Assembly: GCA_964019425.1 (NCBI GenBank)
Contig: OZ025805.1
Location: forward strand, 930,001-994,000
DNA from: Flectonema sp. DT1601
Taxonomy: Eukaryota
Reading direction: 5' to 3'
Length of the DNA stretch: 64,000 bases
Shown here piece by piece: positions 45,076 through 56,782 of this stretch; positions within the stretch are counted from its first letter, which is position 1, and the number at the start of each line of letters is the position of its first letter. The translations under genes and the position numbers were made by a program. The notes under the pieces are model-generated. The model had not been told where the DNA came from, made no database searches, and worked only from the letters and a program-made list of their open reading frames with translations.

Positions 45076-45390
45076 ATGGATGATGTTATGAAAAAGTTTG
45101 TAACCCTAAAATCTGCCTCTCCACAAGAAATGTATGAATTTCTGAGCGAGAATCCAGACTTTGTGACAGCTGCTCAAGTTGACATCGTTGATGCAAAAAT
45201 AACTGCCATGCGAAATGCCAATGACAAGAATGCCACTAGCTTGACGGCTAAAAATGTCATCCTGCAATACGCGGTTCAGGAGGGGATTGAAATATTTTTT
45301 GACTCACTGTGCTCCAACCCACCAAATGAAATCTGCTTGCGATTTCAGGCAACGATGAAGCAAAAAATGTCTTGTAGTCACTCACACTAA
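45076..45390 (+). CDS. Small protein resembling the Cdc37 Hsp90-binding middle domain
   Basis: MKKFVTL..EMYEFLSENPDFV..ILQYA..FFDSL recalls Cdc37 IKHFGML..YLSDNVHLV..VMQFI..FFTKI. A possible upstream exon ends ..gaag|gtgtgag near 44992. Confidence 0.4.
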   Translation: MDDVMKKFVTLKSASPQEMYEFLSENPDFVTAAQVDIVDAKITAMRNANDKNATSLTAKNVILQYAVQEGIEIFFDSLCSNPPNEICLRFQATMKQKMSCSHSH

Positions 45391-45599
45391 CAATATAATT
45401 AGCAGGTTTTTTACTAATTGTTTTTTTTTTTTTTTCTTTTTTTTTTTCTTCAATTTTCAATGTTATTCTTATTTTAGTTATGTCGCTCGTATATTTTATT
45501 CGCTGATTTTTTGTGACACGTACGTATGATACAAATTACTTAACATATTTTTTATTCAAAACAAACAAACAAAAGAAGTTGAACGCCCCTCTTAATAAA

Positions 45600-46061
45600 A
45601 TGGCGCAGAATGAGATGGACCAATTAGCAACAGTGTATGAGGGAGAATCATTCTATAGCACATTGAGAACAAAGTGTTGGGTATGTAATTTAATTCCCTG
45701 ACACAAAAAATATATAACAAACCTCCCCAAAAAAAAAAAAAAAAAAAAATAGGACACCTGCATCCACGCAAGCTTTGACATGGATACAGCGGTGGCTGCT
45801 ACTTATAAAAAAGGAAGGTGTGTTGTGCAGTCGATTTTTTTTTTTTTTTTTTTTTTAAATGTAAAATTGTTACAAAACTTATCAAAAACAACAACAAACA
45901 GAGATCGTCTCGTACCATACGACGCATGTCTGAGGAGGTGTATGGGAAGAATGAATTCATCTCATGATGAAATAAGTGAAGATTTCATGAAACAAATTGA
46001 ACTTATGGCTGCAAAACAAAAGGAAATGGAAGCCATGCAAGGTCCACCAGGTATGATGTAA
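45600..46061 (+). CDS. Small Tim (Tim8/9/10/13 family) chaperone, three exons: 45600-45680, 45753-45817, 45902-46061
   Basis: Splicing GT-AG introns 45681-45752 and 45818-45901 gives a 101-aa ORF with twin CX3C motifs (KCW|DTC and ACLRRC). The first motif is created only by splicing. Confidence 0.85.
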
Positions 46062-46406
46062 ACACGACTGTAGTACTCTCGGAATTCATTCTTACCATCC
46101 TGAGTAGATGGTGATCTGGTTTACTAACACTGACTGCAGTGTAGGAGAGGTCTCTGAAAGCATCAAAGCCTGACCCGTTACATATTATTACTTTATATAT
46201 ATCTGTTGATATTTAAAGTGAGGGATGATTGTTGTCCCTCCTCCTCCTCCTCCCCTCCGTCTGTTATGTTATCATCAAGGATACATTGTCGTTGGATTTG
46301 TTATCTCACTAAAGAAAATACAAGTTTGATAAAATCAATTACTTTTTAACTTAATATTTTTTTCAACCCCCTCCCACCCCTCTCAAAGGTTATATTATCT
46401 CATAGT

Positions 46407-47876
46407 ATGAGTATTTCACAACATAATGAATCACCTGTTGGCGGTAAGACTGTTGTAGTCATAGGAGGAGGAATTTCTGGACTAGCAGCAGCATACGAGC
46501 TAGTAAAAGATAATAACAACATCAATGTGGTGGTGTTGGAGGGTTCTGGAAGATTTACTGGATGGTTGGAAACTACCAGAAAACCAAACGGAGATTTAAT
46601 CGAAGGAGGTCCCAGGTCATTCAGATCCGCGGCTGCCGGAGGGTACACTTTATCATTATGCGAAGAATTAGGTATTCTTGGTGAGCTTCAACCAGCTGAT
46701 AAGGCAGCTGCAAAGAAATTCGTTTTTCTCAACGGAAAAATGAACCAAGTAACCCTTTGGTTTGCAATAAAAACTGTGGGTATATTTAACTTGATTGGGG
46801 AGTTTTTTAATTTTGGAAAAAGACGTCAAATTCCGGAAGGTGATGAAACTGTAACTGAATTCTTCGTTCGTCGTTTTCAAACAGATCGAATCATTCCCCT
46901 CATCAGATGCATCGTCAGAGGTGTCTTTTCTGGAGATCCTGACACGTTAAGCGTAGCATCGGCATTCCCAATTTTTAAAGAGTTGGAACAGTCTTCTGGA
47001 TCTTTGATTTGGGGTGGGATTAAATCGCTTTTTTACATAGAAGTGTCCAAACCTGTGTACTCAAGATCACTTATAAGTGGTGCGGTACGAGAATTACAAA
47101 ACAACTCGACGATGTATAATTTTAAAAAGGGAATGCAGACATTACCAGATATACTCTCAGGAACGTTGAAGAAGAATCCAAGAGTCCAGCTTAGAATTAA
47201 TTCGTTAGTTGGAAAAATTAGAACTGACGGAAAGTCAACACTCAGCGTTGGTCTTGTTACTGGAGAAGACGTTAGTTGCGATGCGATCATTAGTACGGTC
47301 AGTCCTTATTATTTATCACCAATGATATCTTCACTGTCATCATGTGTTCCCAATAATATAGAAATAGCGAAGACTCCCAGGATATTATCTTCAATTCCAA
47401 TGAATGGATTGGTGTTGGTCACAATAAGTGGGCCGAGTAGTAGATTTGATATTCCTCAAAAGCTAAGAAGTTTCGGATTCTTAACACCTGAAGGACCGCT
47501 ACTAGGATGCACTTTTGACAGTTATGCGTTCCCTCACTCAGCAGCTCCGGGTAGGACTCGACTGACTTGTATGATTAAACAAGTCAACACGGATATCATT
47601 GAGTTGGCTCTCAAATCCTTAAAAGAGCTCGCAGACATTATCATTAATGATGATCCATCTGCTTCAGATTGTTGTTCTTATTTAGTACAACCTCGAGAAC
47701 GTTGCATTCCCCAGTACGTCGTTGACCATAAAAAGGCAATAACAACAATAAGATCTTCCCTCATTCAATATAACATTACCATGGCTGGTGTTGCTGTTAG
47801 AGGTCCTGGGGTAAACGACTGCTTGTTATCTGGTAAAAATGCTGCTGAAGAAATTAAAACACTGCTATCAGCATGA
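46407..47876 (+). CDS. PPOX: Protoporphyrinogen oxidase (HemY type)
   Basis: VVVIGGGISGLAAAY FAD motif, EGGPRSF, GVFSGDP..LS, FGFL..LLGCTFDS, IPQY and GPGVNDC. Confidence 0.92.
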   Translation: MSISQHNESPVGGKTVVVIGGGISGLAAAYELVKDNNNINVVVLEGSGRFTGWLETTRKPNGDLIEGGPRSFRSAAAGGYTLSLCEELGILGELQPADKAAAKKFVFLNGKMNQVTLWFAIKTVGIFNLIGEFFNFGKRRQIPEGDETVTEFFVRRFQTDRIIPLIRCIVRGVFSGDPDTLSVASAFPIFKELEQSSGSLIWGGIKSLFYIEVSKPVYSRSLISGAVRELQNNSTMYNFKKGMQTLPDILSGTLKKNPRVQLRINSLVGKIRTDGKSTLSVGLVTGEDVSCDAIISTVSPYYLSPMISSLSSCVPNNIEIAKTPRILSSIPMNGLVLVTISGPSSRFDIPQKLRSFGFLTPEGPLLGCTFDSYAFPHSAAPGRTRLTCMIKQVNTDIIELALKSLKELADIIINDDPSASDCCSYLVQPRERCIPQYVVDHKKAITTIRSSLIQYNITMAGVAVRGPGVNDCLLSGKNAAEEIKTLLSA

Positions 47877-48467
47877 AGAATACCAATAAGTTTCTTTATT
47901 TTTTTTTTTTAAATTTTTTTGTTGTTGACATTTCATTAGTTGAGATTCTATCCTTCTCAGCGATGGTTGAATGTCGATATCCAATATAGTCCGCCCTCAT
48001 GGGTGATTAAGTGGCTCTATGATACATGAAACCTTTTTTTAACTTGCGTCGTGATGAAGATCTTAGTAGGCGCAAGTCATGAGAAGTTTTTTTTTTTTTT
48101 TTTTTTTTTAAAGTTTTACACTGCACAGACTGACCTATTAAATTGTATTTTCCTGAACCGCATACAACTCGTTGAAAAAAAAAAAGAGATTGAAGGTGCT
48201 TGTGTCGTTCCTAACAACAAGCTAAATGTCTAGCAATATAGGAAGAAAGGGGAGAAAAAAAAAAAAAAAAACTAACAAACAAACAATTAAAACAACGAAA
48301 AAGAAATTATAGCTGTCATATCACGGTATTATTCCTCCTTTAAAAAAAGAAGTGTGGATCCGAGTTCGCTAAAAAGAGGCAGCAAGCATTAGCGATTAAG
48401 CTATGTAAACGTCAAAGAGGTAATCGTTGATATGTTTATTTTTTTTTTGAACAGCCTCCTTCCCCGA

Positions 48468-51400
48468 ATGGGTTCGGGGTCGTCAAAGGGAAAACAAAAG
48501 ATAGTTAGTGAGAATAAATATGTCTTTAATGAGGACACTAGAGTTGACGGTACGAGTAAACTAACATTAGATCAGCTGTTGGAGGTAGTCGTCGAGAGGC
48601 TGTCAAATCACAGAAAACACGGAATGAAATTGACTGTCTGCGAGCAAAAACACGTCGACAGACTACTTCGAGTTTTGGAAATCGACTGCGATGAATTGAG
48701 ACGAATTAAACTGACTCGTAATAAAAGTAAACCAGGACTAGTAATCGAGAACTCACAACTCACAGAGAGAAAGCTTAATACAAATGTCAGCACTCAGACT
48801 GATCTAACTTCAGACCAAGAACCTGATAGTTCAGAATCAACAATCTCAACTGATGTTGAGAGTATGAAATCTCAAAGTACTGCAAATAGCGATGGGTCAG
48901 CAAAGGCAATCGTACCCCTCGGAAAGAGGAGGGTTAACAGTCACATATCAAAACTTCAGAAAGTTGCTCAAATAGAGAGCTCTGATGTTGAGCAGGATGT
49001 GCTCCGTTCTGTCCAACCAAAGAGAACTCCTCGAACACATAAACTTCAACGGTCTTCGATAGACTCTAATTTGACTTGTTCTTCTATGCGTAGCTCTGCG
49101 AGTGGCCTCGGATTGAGTGTTCGACTTGTCGGTAATCGAAGGGGAGGTCCAGCATCCCCAGCATCCCCAGTATCCCCAACACCAGGCTCTAATGTTTCTG
49201 ACAAGTTTCTTCCGAAGACTCATTCAGCTTATAATAATTTCAGACCTGAATTAATGTGTTCTCTGTTAGCTGAATTGAGTAGTAATTTAATGACAAAGTC
49301 AGCATCTCTTCAAGGAATAGCACGAGTTGCTGCAGAATTGACTCAAGCTTCAAACGTATCAATTTGGTTAAAGGATCCCACAAAGGGAATCTACTTAGCA
49401 GCTGAGACAGAAGTCCCGGGATCGGAATCACCCAGAGCTGGCACTGTTGAATATGATTTAGTTAAAAATGTTGTTAATAATTGTTTTGAAAGTGGAGAGG
49501 ACTGCAGGTGTGACAACGACCTTCCAGACAGCGTTTCAAACTTATATTGCCATCCAATGCTGAGCGCCTATTCGGAAGACCCTTCTTCTGTGTTAGTAGT
49601 TCAGAATCACTGTATTGATTTTACATTTACATCAGTTGGATTTATGTCTGTTTTCGGACATGCGTTTGACATAATAGAACGAGTTGAGAATTTATTTCAC
49701 AAGGCTGTTCAGCAACAGCAAAAAAGTAACGTTATGTTGATGTTGGCAAGTCATTTGAGTGTTTTCGAACTCGACAGCAATGCTTTTGTTGAGATAATTG
49801 GATTAGCGAGAGACGTGATCCATGCGGAGAGAAGTGCGGTGTATTTAGTGTCGGATGACAGGTCAGAGTTTACAGCTCATTTTCAAAAGTCTGGAGAAGC
49901 TTCAATTCAACAAATGCAAATGACCATCACCGCTGATATCGCAGGTGAGGTTGCTTCAACTGGAGAAGTTCTCATACGGAACAATATCGACGACCCTGTA
50001 GTCACAGCTGTTGATCGCCAAACAGGATTTAAAACGAATTCTCTAATAGCAATACCCATCACGTACGAATCAAACGTCCAAGCAGTTGCAGTCGTTTCCA
50101 ATAAAATTGACGGAAACTTCACACAAGAAGACGTCGAACTCCTGACATCATTTTCTCTTTTTACAGCAGTTACCCTAAGAAACAGCTTGTACTACAGAGA
50201 AATGGTAAGACAAAAAGCAACCACTGATATGGTACTAAGCACTGTTAAAAAAGTATCTGAATCAGACATCAGAGATATTGATGCCGTAAATAGAAAAGTT
50301 ATTGAAGGAGCTAAGGAACTGTGTAATGCTGATCGATGTGCTTTATTCATGGTTGATGAAGAGTACCATCAGTTGGTGGCGGAATTGCAAAACGGATCAA
50401 CAATAAAAATACCTCTGGGATCAGGTATTGCTGGGACAGTTGGAACAACTGGAATTCAAGAAAATATCATTGACGCTTATTCTGATGTTCGGTTTAACGC
50501 GGGAGTAGACCGCGCTACTGGTTACAGAACTCAGTCAATCCTCTGTTATCCAATTCATTGTGATGGTAAGGTAGTGGCTGTTGCTCAACTTATCAACAAA
50601 AATGATGCCATCCAGAGAGTCGTCTCGTTTAACAAAGAAGATGAAAACCTATTAAAATCATTCGCGGCTTTCGCTGGTATCACCATAGGAAATGCGAGAC
50701 TTTATAAATTTGTTGTTGAGGCTGGGAATGATGCGATGAATCTATTTCAGATGCAATCTGGTCAAGTTAATTCAAAAAATACATCAAAAAAGATTAGAAT
50801 TGCAGCCCATGAAGTTATTCAATCTTACAAGGATCTACCAATCGATGCTGAAGCGGAGAGCCTCCTGGGTAAGGATACGTTTCCAATACATAGCTACGAT
50901 TATCGTCAGAAAGAACTGATCCCACTAATGATCAGAGTCTTTGAGAAACTCAATTTAATAGAAATGTATAATATTGATCGACACAAACTTTTCGCGTTTT
51001 TTGCAACGATCGCAGACATGTACAGACCTGTTCCTTATCATAATATTTCACATGCTTTTGACGTGATGCAAACTTTATTCATATTTATTAACAAACCTTT
51101 CATATCAGAAAGACTCCGTTCTCTTGATATTCTAAGTCTCATAATCATTGGAGCCCTTCACGACATAGATCACATGGGGCTAAACAATTCGTTTCATTTA
51201 AAAGCTGAGACTCCTTTGGGTATTCTAAATGCAGCATCTGGAAGCAGCAGTGTCCTAGAAGTTCATCACTGCACATTAGCTATTGAATTGCTACAGGAAG
51301 ATAGGACGAATATTCTGGATGGATTGACGCCTGGTGATTTGAAAAAAGTTTTGAAAAACCTAACACATGTGATTCTGTGTACTGACATGGCACGTCATTC

Positions 51401-51968
51401 TCAAGTTGCAAAAGATTTCAATAATATCAACGACTATGATTGTAATAATGACGAACACCGATTGCAGTTGATGACTTTATTAACCATTGCCTCTGATGTC
51501 TCTAATGCTTTTAAGCCTTTTGACATCTCTCGTAGATGGGGATGTAAAATTATGAAGGAATTCAATTCACAAGGGGAGGCAGAGAGGAATAATAACCTCC
51601 CGCAGACGTTCAAAGAAGACGATATGATATACCACAGGTTAATTTCATTTTGCCGATGTCAAGTTGGTTTTATGAGAGCAATTGTTCTCCCTCTCATCCA
51701 AATTCTTTCTAATAAAATACCACAACTAACATACTTAGTGACCTGCTTAGAACAGAATATGACAACGTGGAGAAAGATTCATGAAGAATGTATCTTTTCA
51801 TACACGATTTGTTGTGATTTCGATAAAGGACTTTATTTTAGGTATTATCATAAGCTGCATGGGTTTATTTCATCTAAACGAACTAATATCAAGGATAAAG
51901 AAGGAAAGAAAAAGATGGCCAAAAATTCCCTCGCGTGGGTAAGTAAGTCCCCAGCTGACATTGGGTGA
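48468..51968 (+). CDS. Class I cyclic nucleotide phosphodiesterase with tandem GAF domains, probably N-myristoylated
   Basis: Starts MGSGSSK. GAF motifs GIAG.V..DAYSDVRFN..VD..TGYRT..INK..F..EDE. Catalytic YHNISH, HDIDHMGLNN, LEVHH, TDM and SDVSN. Confidence 0.93.
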   Translation: MGSGSSKGKQKIVSENKYVFNEDTRVDGTSKLTLDQLLEVVVERLSNHRKHGMKLTVCEQKHVDRLLRVLEIDCDELRRIKLTRNKSKPGLVIENSQLTERKLNTNVSTQTDLTSDQEPDSSESTISTDVESMKSQSTANSDGSAKAIVPLGKRRVNSHISKLQKVAQIESSDVEQDVLRSVQPKRTPRTHKLQRSSIDSNLTCSSMRSSASGLGLSVRLVGNRRGGPASPASPVSPTPGSNVSDKFLPKTHSAYNNFRPELMCSLLAELSSNLMTKSASLQGIARVAAELTQASNVSIWLKDPTKGIYLAAETEVPGSESPRAGTVEYDLVKNVVNNCFESGEDCRCDNDLPDSVSNLYCHPMLSAYSEDPSSVLVVQNHCIDFTFTSVGFMSVFGHAFDIIERVENLFHKAVQQQQKSNVMLMLASHLSVFELDSNAFVEIIGLARDVIHAERSAVYLVSDDRSEFTAHFQKSGEASIQQMQMTITADIAGEVASTGEVLIRNNIDDPVVTAVDRQTGFKTNSLIAIPITYESNVQAVAVVSNKIDGNFTQEDVELLTSFSLFTAVTLRNSLYYREMVRQKATTDMVLSTVKKVSESDIRDIDAVNRKVIEGAKELCNADRCALFMVDEEYHQLVAELQNGSTIKIPLGSGIAGTVGTTGIQENIIDAYSDVRFNAGVDRATGYRTQSILCYPIHCDGKVVAVAQLINKNDAIQRVVSFNKEDENLLKSFAAFAGITIGNARLYKFVVEAGNDAMNLFQMQSGQVNSKNTSKKIRIAAHEVIQSYKDLPIDAEAESLLGKDTFPIHSYDYRQKELIPLMIRVFEKLNLIEMYNIDRHKLFAFFATIADMYRPVPYHNISHAFDVMQTLFIFINKPFISERLRSLDILSLIIIGALHDIDHMGLNNSFHLKAETPLGILNAASGSSSVLEVHHCTLAIELLQEDRTNILDGLTPGDLKKVLKNLTHVILCTDMARHSQVAKDFNNINDYDCNNDEHRLQLMTLLTIASDVSNAFKPFDISRRWGCKIMKEFNSQGEAERNNNLPQTFKEDDMIYHRLISFCRCQVGFMRAIVLPLIQILSNKIPQLTYLVTCLEQNMTTWRKIHEECIFSYTICCDFDKGLYFRYYHKLHGFISSKRTNIKDKEGKKKMAKNSLAWVSKSPADIG

Positions 51969-53049
51969 TGACAGTTTGAGTTATTGAGTGAACTTTTACA
52001 GGTTCAAATCAAGTGAATTAAGCAGCCTCTCTGTGTGCTAAGGTAAACGCTATTCCATATGTTATTTTTTTTTGTTTGTTTTTTTTTGTGATTTAAATCA
52101 CCCAGCTTACGCTATGTATTTCTTTATGTATCAATTTGAATGTGTTTTTTGATAAGCTTTTTCAAGCCACGTCAGCATACGTTTTTGCTTTTTCTTAATA
52201 TTATTTTTTTTACACCACCTTGAGTGAGTCTCTTAAGGTGTTATTGTTGGTTTCGGTTTACATTTTTTTTTTTTTTTTTTATTATTCAGGTTTTTACCAT
52301 GGTGAGTGTGAATACCTACCAGGCAAGCCTTAGAAAGTAAAACATCCAGTTGGTGGTTTGAAGCACTTTTTTCTTTATGAAATCTTATTTTTTTTTCCTT
52401 TTTATATTCGTTTGCAAATAATTTAAAAAGCTATGACGGGCTTCAGGTTACAACACGGTTGTAGACTTTACGAAATCGAACATACATTCCCCCGGAATCT
52501 CCATATTCGACAGCACTGGGATTTTATTGATGCCAACTGTTGAGCCTTTTTACGTGGCAACTTGTTTTAGATGGTTTCTTGTTTTGGTTTTTGCCAGTTT
52601 CAAGTTACCTCGTACCTTTTTTTTTTTTTTTTTTGAAAAAATTGCCTAAGTGTGTCTTGCTTTTCTATTTATTAGCACGTTATCCTTTACTTTAAATTGA
52701 TTCCAGATGCGAACAAAAACAAAATTATTTATCCCATCAAACCAAAATTTTTTTTTTCATTAAAGTCTCTGTTTCTACAGATGATTTTTTTTCTTTTTTT
52801 TTTTTTTTTTTTTTGAGCTTGTTGTTGTTTTCGTTCTCTTTCTTCTGCCCGCCTTTTCCCCGATGGTTCGACTGATTTATTTATAAAAAAAACTACTTCA
52901 TTTTTATAACTCATCCTTATAATATCAGTCTACATTCGAGTCAGAGAAGTATCGGAATACGCACTGGTCAGGGATGCCTGATTTTATGTATTTTCCACAG
53001 GTAGCAATTCCCCCTCCCCGGCGAAAATAAAATAAAATAAAATAAGGAA

Positions 53050-54135
53050 ATGCCTTCTCCATCAAAAGCAAGACCTGTCCCGATATATCACTCTTTCTAT
53101 ACACAAAGATGGTTGTTAGTTGAAAGTAAGGGATTGGGATTGTTGTATTGGGGAGCCATGGCTTCGATGGTTTTTTGGGTGTTTCTTCAGTTACTAATAA
53201 GCAATGGATTCGTTGATAGGTACACTCCGTTTATTTCTGTGAATTTTTGGCAAGACAGGGCCATCGATGGACATTGGTGGTACAAAGCAACTAAAGGATC
53301 AGAACCGGAATATTGTGGTCACAAATACTATTGGGGAGATGGAACTGACTGGGGATCAGAATCTGTGAAATGTATTAATCCTGAAGAGTTACCTAATTCA
53401 ACTTTTTTTTACCAAGACGATGATGGTTTTTCAATAGCCACTTCAATAGCAAGGGGTACTGAATGGACCTCCGACGATGTCAGGCTTTACAGAGACATTG
53501 AACATGCGACAGTTGTGTTCCAGCCATCACTTTGGACAGAAAGAGAAACTTCTGACATCTCTGGTTGCACGATTTACGGATCCGATGGTAAGAAAATAAA
53601 CTCCAGAGTACTGGAATTATATCCGAATAGAAATAAAACCAGCGATATTTGGCAAGAGAGAGAAGAATACATTCTCATATCACTGAAAGATATTTTATCT
53701 GCTGTCAACAAGACGTGGGATGATATCGGAGGTGAGAACGCCCGTCTTCGTCTTCAGGGAATCGAACTTGTCGCTCATGTCGATGTTCGTAATTTTCACA
53801 AAGCATTCAGTCCTAGCAGTGATTTAGAGTGCACTATTAGATTTGCTGTTCTGAGAGACCAGTTTACTCTCGTAAAACGTTTTTATGATAAAGATAGCGT
53901 TGTGGCTGTCCAACACGGGCTTAAGATGAGGGTTGTTACCACGGGATCAATAGGCTACCCCAGTACCAGGGCATTCTTTGAAACACTTGTCGTAGGCCTT
54001 GGGATGCTATCACTCTCACAGACTATTGCTGATTTCGTAGCCCAGTTTCTTCATCCGAAAAAAACAGTTATAAACAGAGCATGCGTCGATTCCTTGAACT
54101 TAGAAGAAAAGATAGCTGTTGGAAAGCAAGACTAA
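53050..54135 (+). CDS. P2X-like ATP-gated ion channel
   Basis: Y-T..LGLLY before TM1, R..GIEL, HGLKM..TGSIG, and TM2 LVVGLGMLSLSQTIADFVA: two-TM P2X topology. Confidence 0.8.
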   Translation: MPSPSKARPVPIYHSFYTQRWLLVESKGLGLLYWGAMASMVFWVFLQLLISNGFVDRYTPFISVNFWQDRAIDGHWWYKATKGSEPEYCGHKYYWGDGTDWGSESVKCINPEELPNSTFFYQDDDGFSIATSIARGTEWTSDDVRLYRDIEHATVVFQPSLWTERETSDISGCTIYGSDGKKINSRVLELYPNRNKTSDIWQEREEYILISLKDILSAVNKTWDDIGGENARLRLQGIELVAHVDVRNFHKAFSPSSDLECTIRFAVLRDQFTLVKRFYDKDSVVAVQHGLKMRVVTTGSIGYPSTRAFFETLVVGLGMLSLSQTIADFVAQFLHPKKTVINRACVDSLNLEEKIAVGKQD

Positions 54136-54162
54136 TTTAATTAAAGTCTTTGGTTTTATTAG

Positions 54163-54198
<36 letters not shown>

Positions 54199-54364
54199 TG
54201 CCAAAAAGAGCTTATTGGCGTTTTTTTAAGTTATTCTGCACATTGCCGCCTACCATACCCAAAAATATTTTGTATCGATGATATTTTGTTATTTTAAAAA
54301 AAAATTATTTTTTTAATTCTCTCTCTCAAAAAAAAAAAAAAAAGTAAATTTTAATAAAATAAAT

Positions 54365-54892
54365 ATGTTAACAAATCTAATCAAAGATTCTAATGCGAGA
54401 TATATTAGTACATCAAGAAGGTGGTTTTCTTCTCCAAAGAAAAAGAAAAAGGTTGGATTATACACCAAACCTATTATCGTCGAAGTTAAACCAGATGCTG
54501 ATGAGAGAACGCATAATAGATGGAAACGAATGTCCAAATCATATGAAAAAGTAGAAACAGAAGCGTACAACAGAGGGAGTAGATCGATACTCGCGATGTC
54601 GTTATCTTTTGGTGTTTGGCTTAGTGTTTATATTATCGGAAGAATGATTGTTTATTTTACACGTATCGATGAATATATTCGCGTTAACATACGTAGTCAA
54701 CAGAATTGTGATTTGCCCATATCGATTCGTCGTGTAGAGAGGGAACGTTTATCCATGGAAGACTTCTTTAATAGAGGTTGTGTATCCGCTGAAAAAGCTC
54801 AATACCCAGAAACGTATATACTAAAACAAAAAATGAGTGAGGATATCGACACCGCTGAATTCATTGATAATTTGAAAACATCGGCAGTCTGA
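54365..54892 (+). CDS. Hypothetical single-TM protein, possibly mitochondrial
   Basis: Arg/Ser-rich N-terminus (..ISTSRRWFSS) and one hydrophobic helix. Confidence 0.65.
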   Translation: MLTNLIKDSNARYISTSRRWFSSPKKKKKVGLYTKPIIVEVKPDADERTHNRWKRMSKSYEKVETEAYNRGSRSILAMSLSFGVWLSVYIIGRMIVYFTRIDEYIRVNIRSQQNCDLPISIRRVERERLSMEDFFNRGCVSAEKAQYPETYILKQKMSEDIDTAEFIDNLKTSAV

Positions 54893-55150
54893 AAAAAAAA
54901 AAAACTTTCGCCCTCGCTCACGACATACAGCTTGTATTTTGAAATATTTTTTTTTTCAAAAAAAAAAAAAAAAACAACAACTGACATTCACCGTATCCAT
55001 CAGACATCGGTATTGAAAAAAATGTAGCAAGAAGCACATCGTAGATGCTTTTTTACTACACAAGAATACTACAGTAGGTTGTGTTGGTTAGTAATTATTT
55101 TCTCAACAGGACACGATGACACAAACAACATAGTGGATTTGGGAAAGAGT

Positions 55151-56782
55151 ATGTCGTTCTTTTCAGCGACTACTTGCAGTAACTATGATTCGACGGAGTA
55201 CCTCAGACAGTCGTGGGATCAAAGTATGAGTTTTGGAGGTATGTCACCTGTTACACCCATTGAGAAGGAATCACGAGTAAGCTCAAAAATCCAAGCAATG
55301 CTCTTTGCAGAATTTGACAACATAAACGGTCCGGTTGTAGCCCACCAATGGCCAACGGATTTCATTGGCTCGTTAGAAGAAGCAAAAGAAATGGGTCTGT
55401 ACGGAACTTATTTAATACCACATGAAGCACTCTCTGGTCATATTTGTACCTGGGCACATGGTCAGAGAACGTTCTTAACATATCCAGTGACGTACGAGAA
55501 TCCCAAGTATTTCAGAAATCAATACAGAACTAATTTAATTTTCGTGTTTGAAGTAGGTATTGATATAAAACCATACAAGAATGTGATAAAGAGGATATCA
55601 CAGGCATTGCAAACGTTGGAAAAAGACTGTGAGTGGGTGTCTAGGCAATCTAGATCAACAGTGCTTTCTAACGGAAAGAACGACAAAGACACCAACGCCA
55701 TCCCTCACACAGATTCTGATTCATCTACTGCTGTCTCGTCAACGACCATCAAATCAGAACAAATGCATATGTTACGACTCTTCCAATTAATAGTTGAAGG
55801 ACTTAATACTCGAAATCAAGCAGTTGTTAAGATAAATCCTGGTTGTATTCTTGCGTTTAAATATTTTCCACAAGTACCTGATCCTCCGAAGGTAAATGCC
55901 TGGGATGTTCCGATGATTGTTTCTTTGCCTTGCGTAGTTGAAATGGAAGCATGGGACTTAGCCTTACAAATGATTGTACCGTTAGTCGATAATAGGTCTA
56001 CTGTGGCATCGTATGCGTCTGCTCTTGATATTCCGATAGAGAGATGTTGTTTAGCTGTGAGGCATCTTGTTTATGTAGGATTTGTTATTCTTGTCGACGT
56101 ATTCCAATACAGTAACCTATACACGTTGGTTCCAGACGTGTTTGCGCAGTATTGTAACAGCGTTTCTCAAACAGATAAACCTGATAACGTTCTTTCACTT
56201 AAATATGTTTCAAGACAATCAGAAGACCCAATCTCTATGTCAGCTTTAATAAGATTTTATCAAGGATTCGCTGTAGACGTATCAAATAATAATCATCATG
56301 ATGCTCAAGTTGGTATTGTTGGAGCCAGGGGATTGCATCTGTACAGACAACCAGAAGTTCCTGCGCCATTCAAACGGGTAGATGTCATATTAAAATCGAT
56401 AGAAAATCAATTAACAATAAGACAATCGATGACTCAAGAACGTTCGGAAAGAAAACTTCAAAAATGGAGAAGTGATTGGCGTGAAGAAGTCCAACGTCGT
56501 CTCTATCCACGTCACGCTATTGCTTATGGAATTCTTCAGGGATTTCTTAAAAGGGTTCACGAGATTCCAATTTATGATTCTCAGAAAGCTACTCGCCATC
56601 CAAACGAAAAGTCTCGCCTTCAAGATACCAAAGAATGCCAACCTCTCTACAACATACTTGCTGCAGCTAAGGGGAGATGTATAGATGATATTTGTGTTAC
56701 GCTGACTCATTCAACGGGAAGGCCATGGTGCAGAGCAGACGTCATGGCGTTCAAAAACTGTTGCAACATTCTCCTCAAATAA
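55151..56782 (+). CDS. NPRL2: GATOR1 subunit NPRL2/Npr2
   Basis: FAEFDNINGPVVAHQWP, YLIP..L, ENPKYFRN, WDVP, WDLALQMIVPLVD, RHLVY and DVFQYSNLY. Confidence 0.9.
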   Translation: MSFFSATTCSNYDSTEYLRQSWDQSMSFGGMSPVTPIEKESRVSSKIQAMLFAEFDNINGPVVAHQWPTDFIGSLEEAKEMGLYGTYLIPHEALSGHICTWAHGQRTFLTYPVTYENPKYFRNQYRTNLIFVFEVGIDIKPYKNVIKRISQALQTLEKDCEWVSRQSRSTVLSNGKNDKDTNAIPHTDSDSSTAVSSTTIKSEQMHMLRLFQLIVEGLNTRNQAVVKINPGCILAFKYFPQVPDPPKVNAWDVPMIVSLPCVVEMEAWDLALQMIVPLVDNRSTVASYASALDIPIERCCLAVRHLVYVGFVILVDVFQYSNLYTLVPDVFAQYCNSVSQTDKPDNVLSLKYVSRQSEDPISMSALIRFYQGFAVDVSNNNHHDAQVGIVGARGLHLYRQPEVPAPFKRVDVILKSIENQLTIRQSMTQERSERKLQKWRSDWREEVQRRLYPRHAIAYGILQGFLKRVHEIPIYDSQKATRHPNEKSRLQDTKECQPLYNILAAAKGRCIDDICVTLTHSTGRPWCRADVMAFKNCCNILLK

